From positions 64,001 to 128,000 of the forward strand of contig CAVSGO010000007.1 of the NCBI GenBank assembly GCA_963727525.1: 64,000 bases of DNA, given 5' to 3'. This stretch comes from an uncultured bacterium (GTDB taxonomy: Bacteria; Krumholzibacteriota; Krumholzibacteriia; LZORAL124-64-63). Made by a program: the position numbers and the translations under genes. This document shows, in pieces, positions 62,585 to 64,000 of this stretch (position 1 is its first letter; each line of letters opens with the position of its first letter). A model generated the notes under the pieces. It was not told the origin of the DNA. It made no database searches and saw only the letters and a program-made list of their open reading frames with translations.

Positions 62585-64000
62585 ATGGCAATCGACGATC
62601 CCTCTCGCTGGCACCGGGTCGACTCCATCCTGGACGAGTTGCTGGCCACACCACCCGCTGACCTTGGCACCCGCATCACCGAGCTTGTCGGAGACGACCG
62701 GGACCTGCGCGAGGAGGTCGAAGATCTGCTGAGGTACGACAGGAGCGGCCACGGCCTTCTCGATCGCTCCGCCTCCGACCACTTCGACGCGCTCTTCGCC
62801 GCCGCCGCGCGCGCCGACGGGCCGCCGGCAGACCTCACGGGCAAGCAGGTGGGACCCTTTCAGATCATCGGCCGGCTCGGCGAGGGCGGCATGGGCGTCG
62901 TCTTCGCGGCCCGCCAGACGCACCCGTCGCGCACCGTGGCCCTGAAGGTGCTTCGCGCCGGCATCTTCGCCGGCACCCACCAGCTGCGCATGTTCCGCCG
63001 CGAGGCGGAGAGTCTGGCCCGGCTCGCCCACCCCGGGATCGCCGCCATTTATGACGCCGGCCGTACCGACGACGGCCTGCACTGGTTCGCCATGGAGCAC
63101 GTGCACGGCGTGTCGCTCGCCGCGTGGGCGCACGCGCGGCCCGCGCCGATCACGCGGGCGGAGATCGCCGCACGCGTGACGGTCTGCCTCGCTGTGTGCG
63201 ACGCCATCTCGCACGCCCACCAGCGCGGCGTCGTCCACCTGGACCTCAAGCCGTCGAACATCATGGTCTTGCCGGAGGCCGACCCCGGGAGCACGGCCGC
63301 GGTAAAGGTGCTGGACTTCGGCATCGCCCGCATCACTGGCGGCGAGGCCGGACCGACGACCATCAGCCACGACGGTCGCGCCTTCGCGGGCACCCTCGCT
63401 TACATGAGCCCCGAGCAGGCCGCCGGCGATGCGCGCGATCTCGACGTCCGCAGCGACGTCTACTCGCTCGGCGTGCTCTTCTACGAGCTGATCACCGGGC
63501 GATTGCCGGTGGACGTGCACGGCGCGTCGTTGCCCGAGGCAGCGCGCCTGATCCGCGAGCGGGTTCCGGCACGGCCCAGCGAAGCGTGCCGCCTGCTACG
63601 TGGCGACCTCGAAACCATCGTCCTCAAGGCGCTCGCCAAGGATCCGTCGCAGCGGTACCAGAGTGTCGCGGTTCTCGCCGAGGATATCCGTCGTTACCGC
63701 GACGACCTGCCCATCTTCGGCCGCCCGCCGAGCACGATGTACCAGTTGCGGAAGATCGTCGTGCGCCATCGAGTGGTGATTGGATTCGCGGCGGCTCTCC
63801 TGGTGACCCTGATCGGTGCCGTCGGTGGGACCGCGTTCGGCCTGATTCGCGCCAAGCGTGCCGAAACGGCGGCGCGCGCCGAGGCCGCCACCTCCGAGAA
63901 GACCGCGAGCTTCCTCGAGTCTGTGTTCCACGTCACCGACCCGGGCGAATCCGGCGGCAGTGCGGTGACCGCGCGGGAGCTGCTCGACCATGCGGTCGCC
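62585..64000 (+). CDS. Ser/Thr protein kinase, runs off the window end
   Basis: ATG 62585; LGEGGMGVV, VALK, HLDLKPSN, LDFG, GTLAYMSPEQ, then a TM helix. Absent from the ORF track because it has no stop in the window. Confidence 0.92.
   Translation, partial: MAIDDPSRWHRVDSILDELLATPPADLGTRITELVGDDRDLREEVEDLLRYDRSGHGLLDRSASDHFDALFAAAARADGPPADLTGKQVGPFQIIGRLGEGGMGVVFAARQTHPSRTVALKVLRAGIFAGTHQLRMFRREAESLARLAHPGIAAIYDAGRTDDGLHWFAMEHVHGVSLAAWAHARPAPITRAEIAARVTVCLAVCDAISHAHQRGVVHLDLKPSNIMVLPEADPGSTAAVKVLDFGIARITGGEAGPTTISHDGRAFAGTLAYMSPEQAAGDARDLDVRSDVYSLGVLFYELITGRLPVDVHGASLPEAARLIRERVPARPSEACRLLRGDLETIVLKALAKDPSQRYQSVAVLAEDIRRYRDDLPIFGRPPSTMYQLRKIVVRHRVVIGFAAALLVTLIGAVGGTAFGLIRAKRAETAARAEAATSEKTASFLESVFHVTDPGESGGSAVTARELLDHAVA

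Overview
GC-rich bacterial DNA. Seven secreted proteins with a C-terminal 'PNPFNP...FlgD-Ig' domain and one 'xxWGxxKxxYR'-type tail suggest an FCB-group lineage such as Krumholzibacteriota/Latescibacterota (inference). The first ~38 kb is a decayed, mosaic accessory island. It contains: (i) an integron-type attC cassette cluster at 534-3089 with no integrase in the window (intact MazEF-like toxin-antitoxin cassette, decayed AbrB/PIN and RibD-like cassettes) plus an isolated attC at ~20.1 kb; (ii) seven co-oriented remnants of an IS91/ISCR-like rolling-circle element, five ending in an oriIS-like terminus, which divide the island into cargo blocks; (iii) an intact IS4 element with a 9-bp target duplication and a decayed rve-type IS. 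Cargo includes a serine hydrolase, a TMEM175-like channel, a Ser/Thr kinase with ECF43-like sigma, a CZB/two-CW chemoreceptor and an ArsR-SRPBCC-oxidoreductase block. The right part holds secreted proteins (C25-like peptidase, a FTYQGRL + DGGG gene pair), a B12 radical SAM enzyme, a PyrR-attenuated pyrR-pyrB-pyrC-(TPR lipoprotein)-pyrK-pyrD operon and a second ECF43/kinase pair cut by the window edge. All family calls come from motif recognition by eye; no searches were run.
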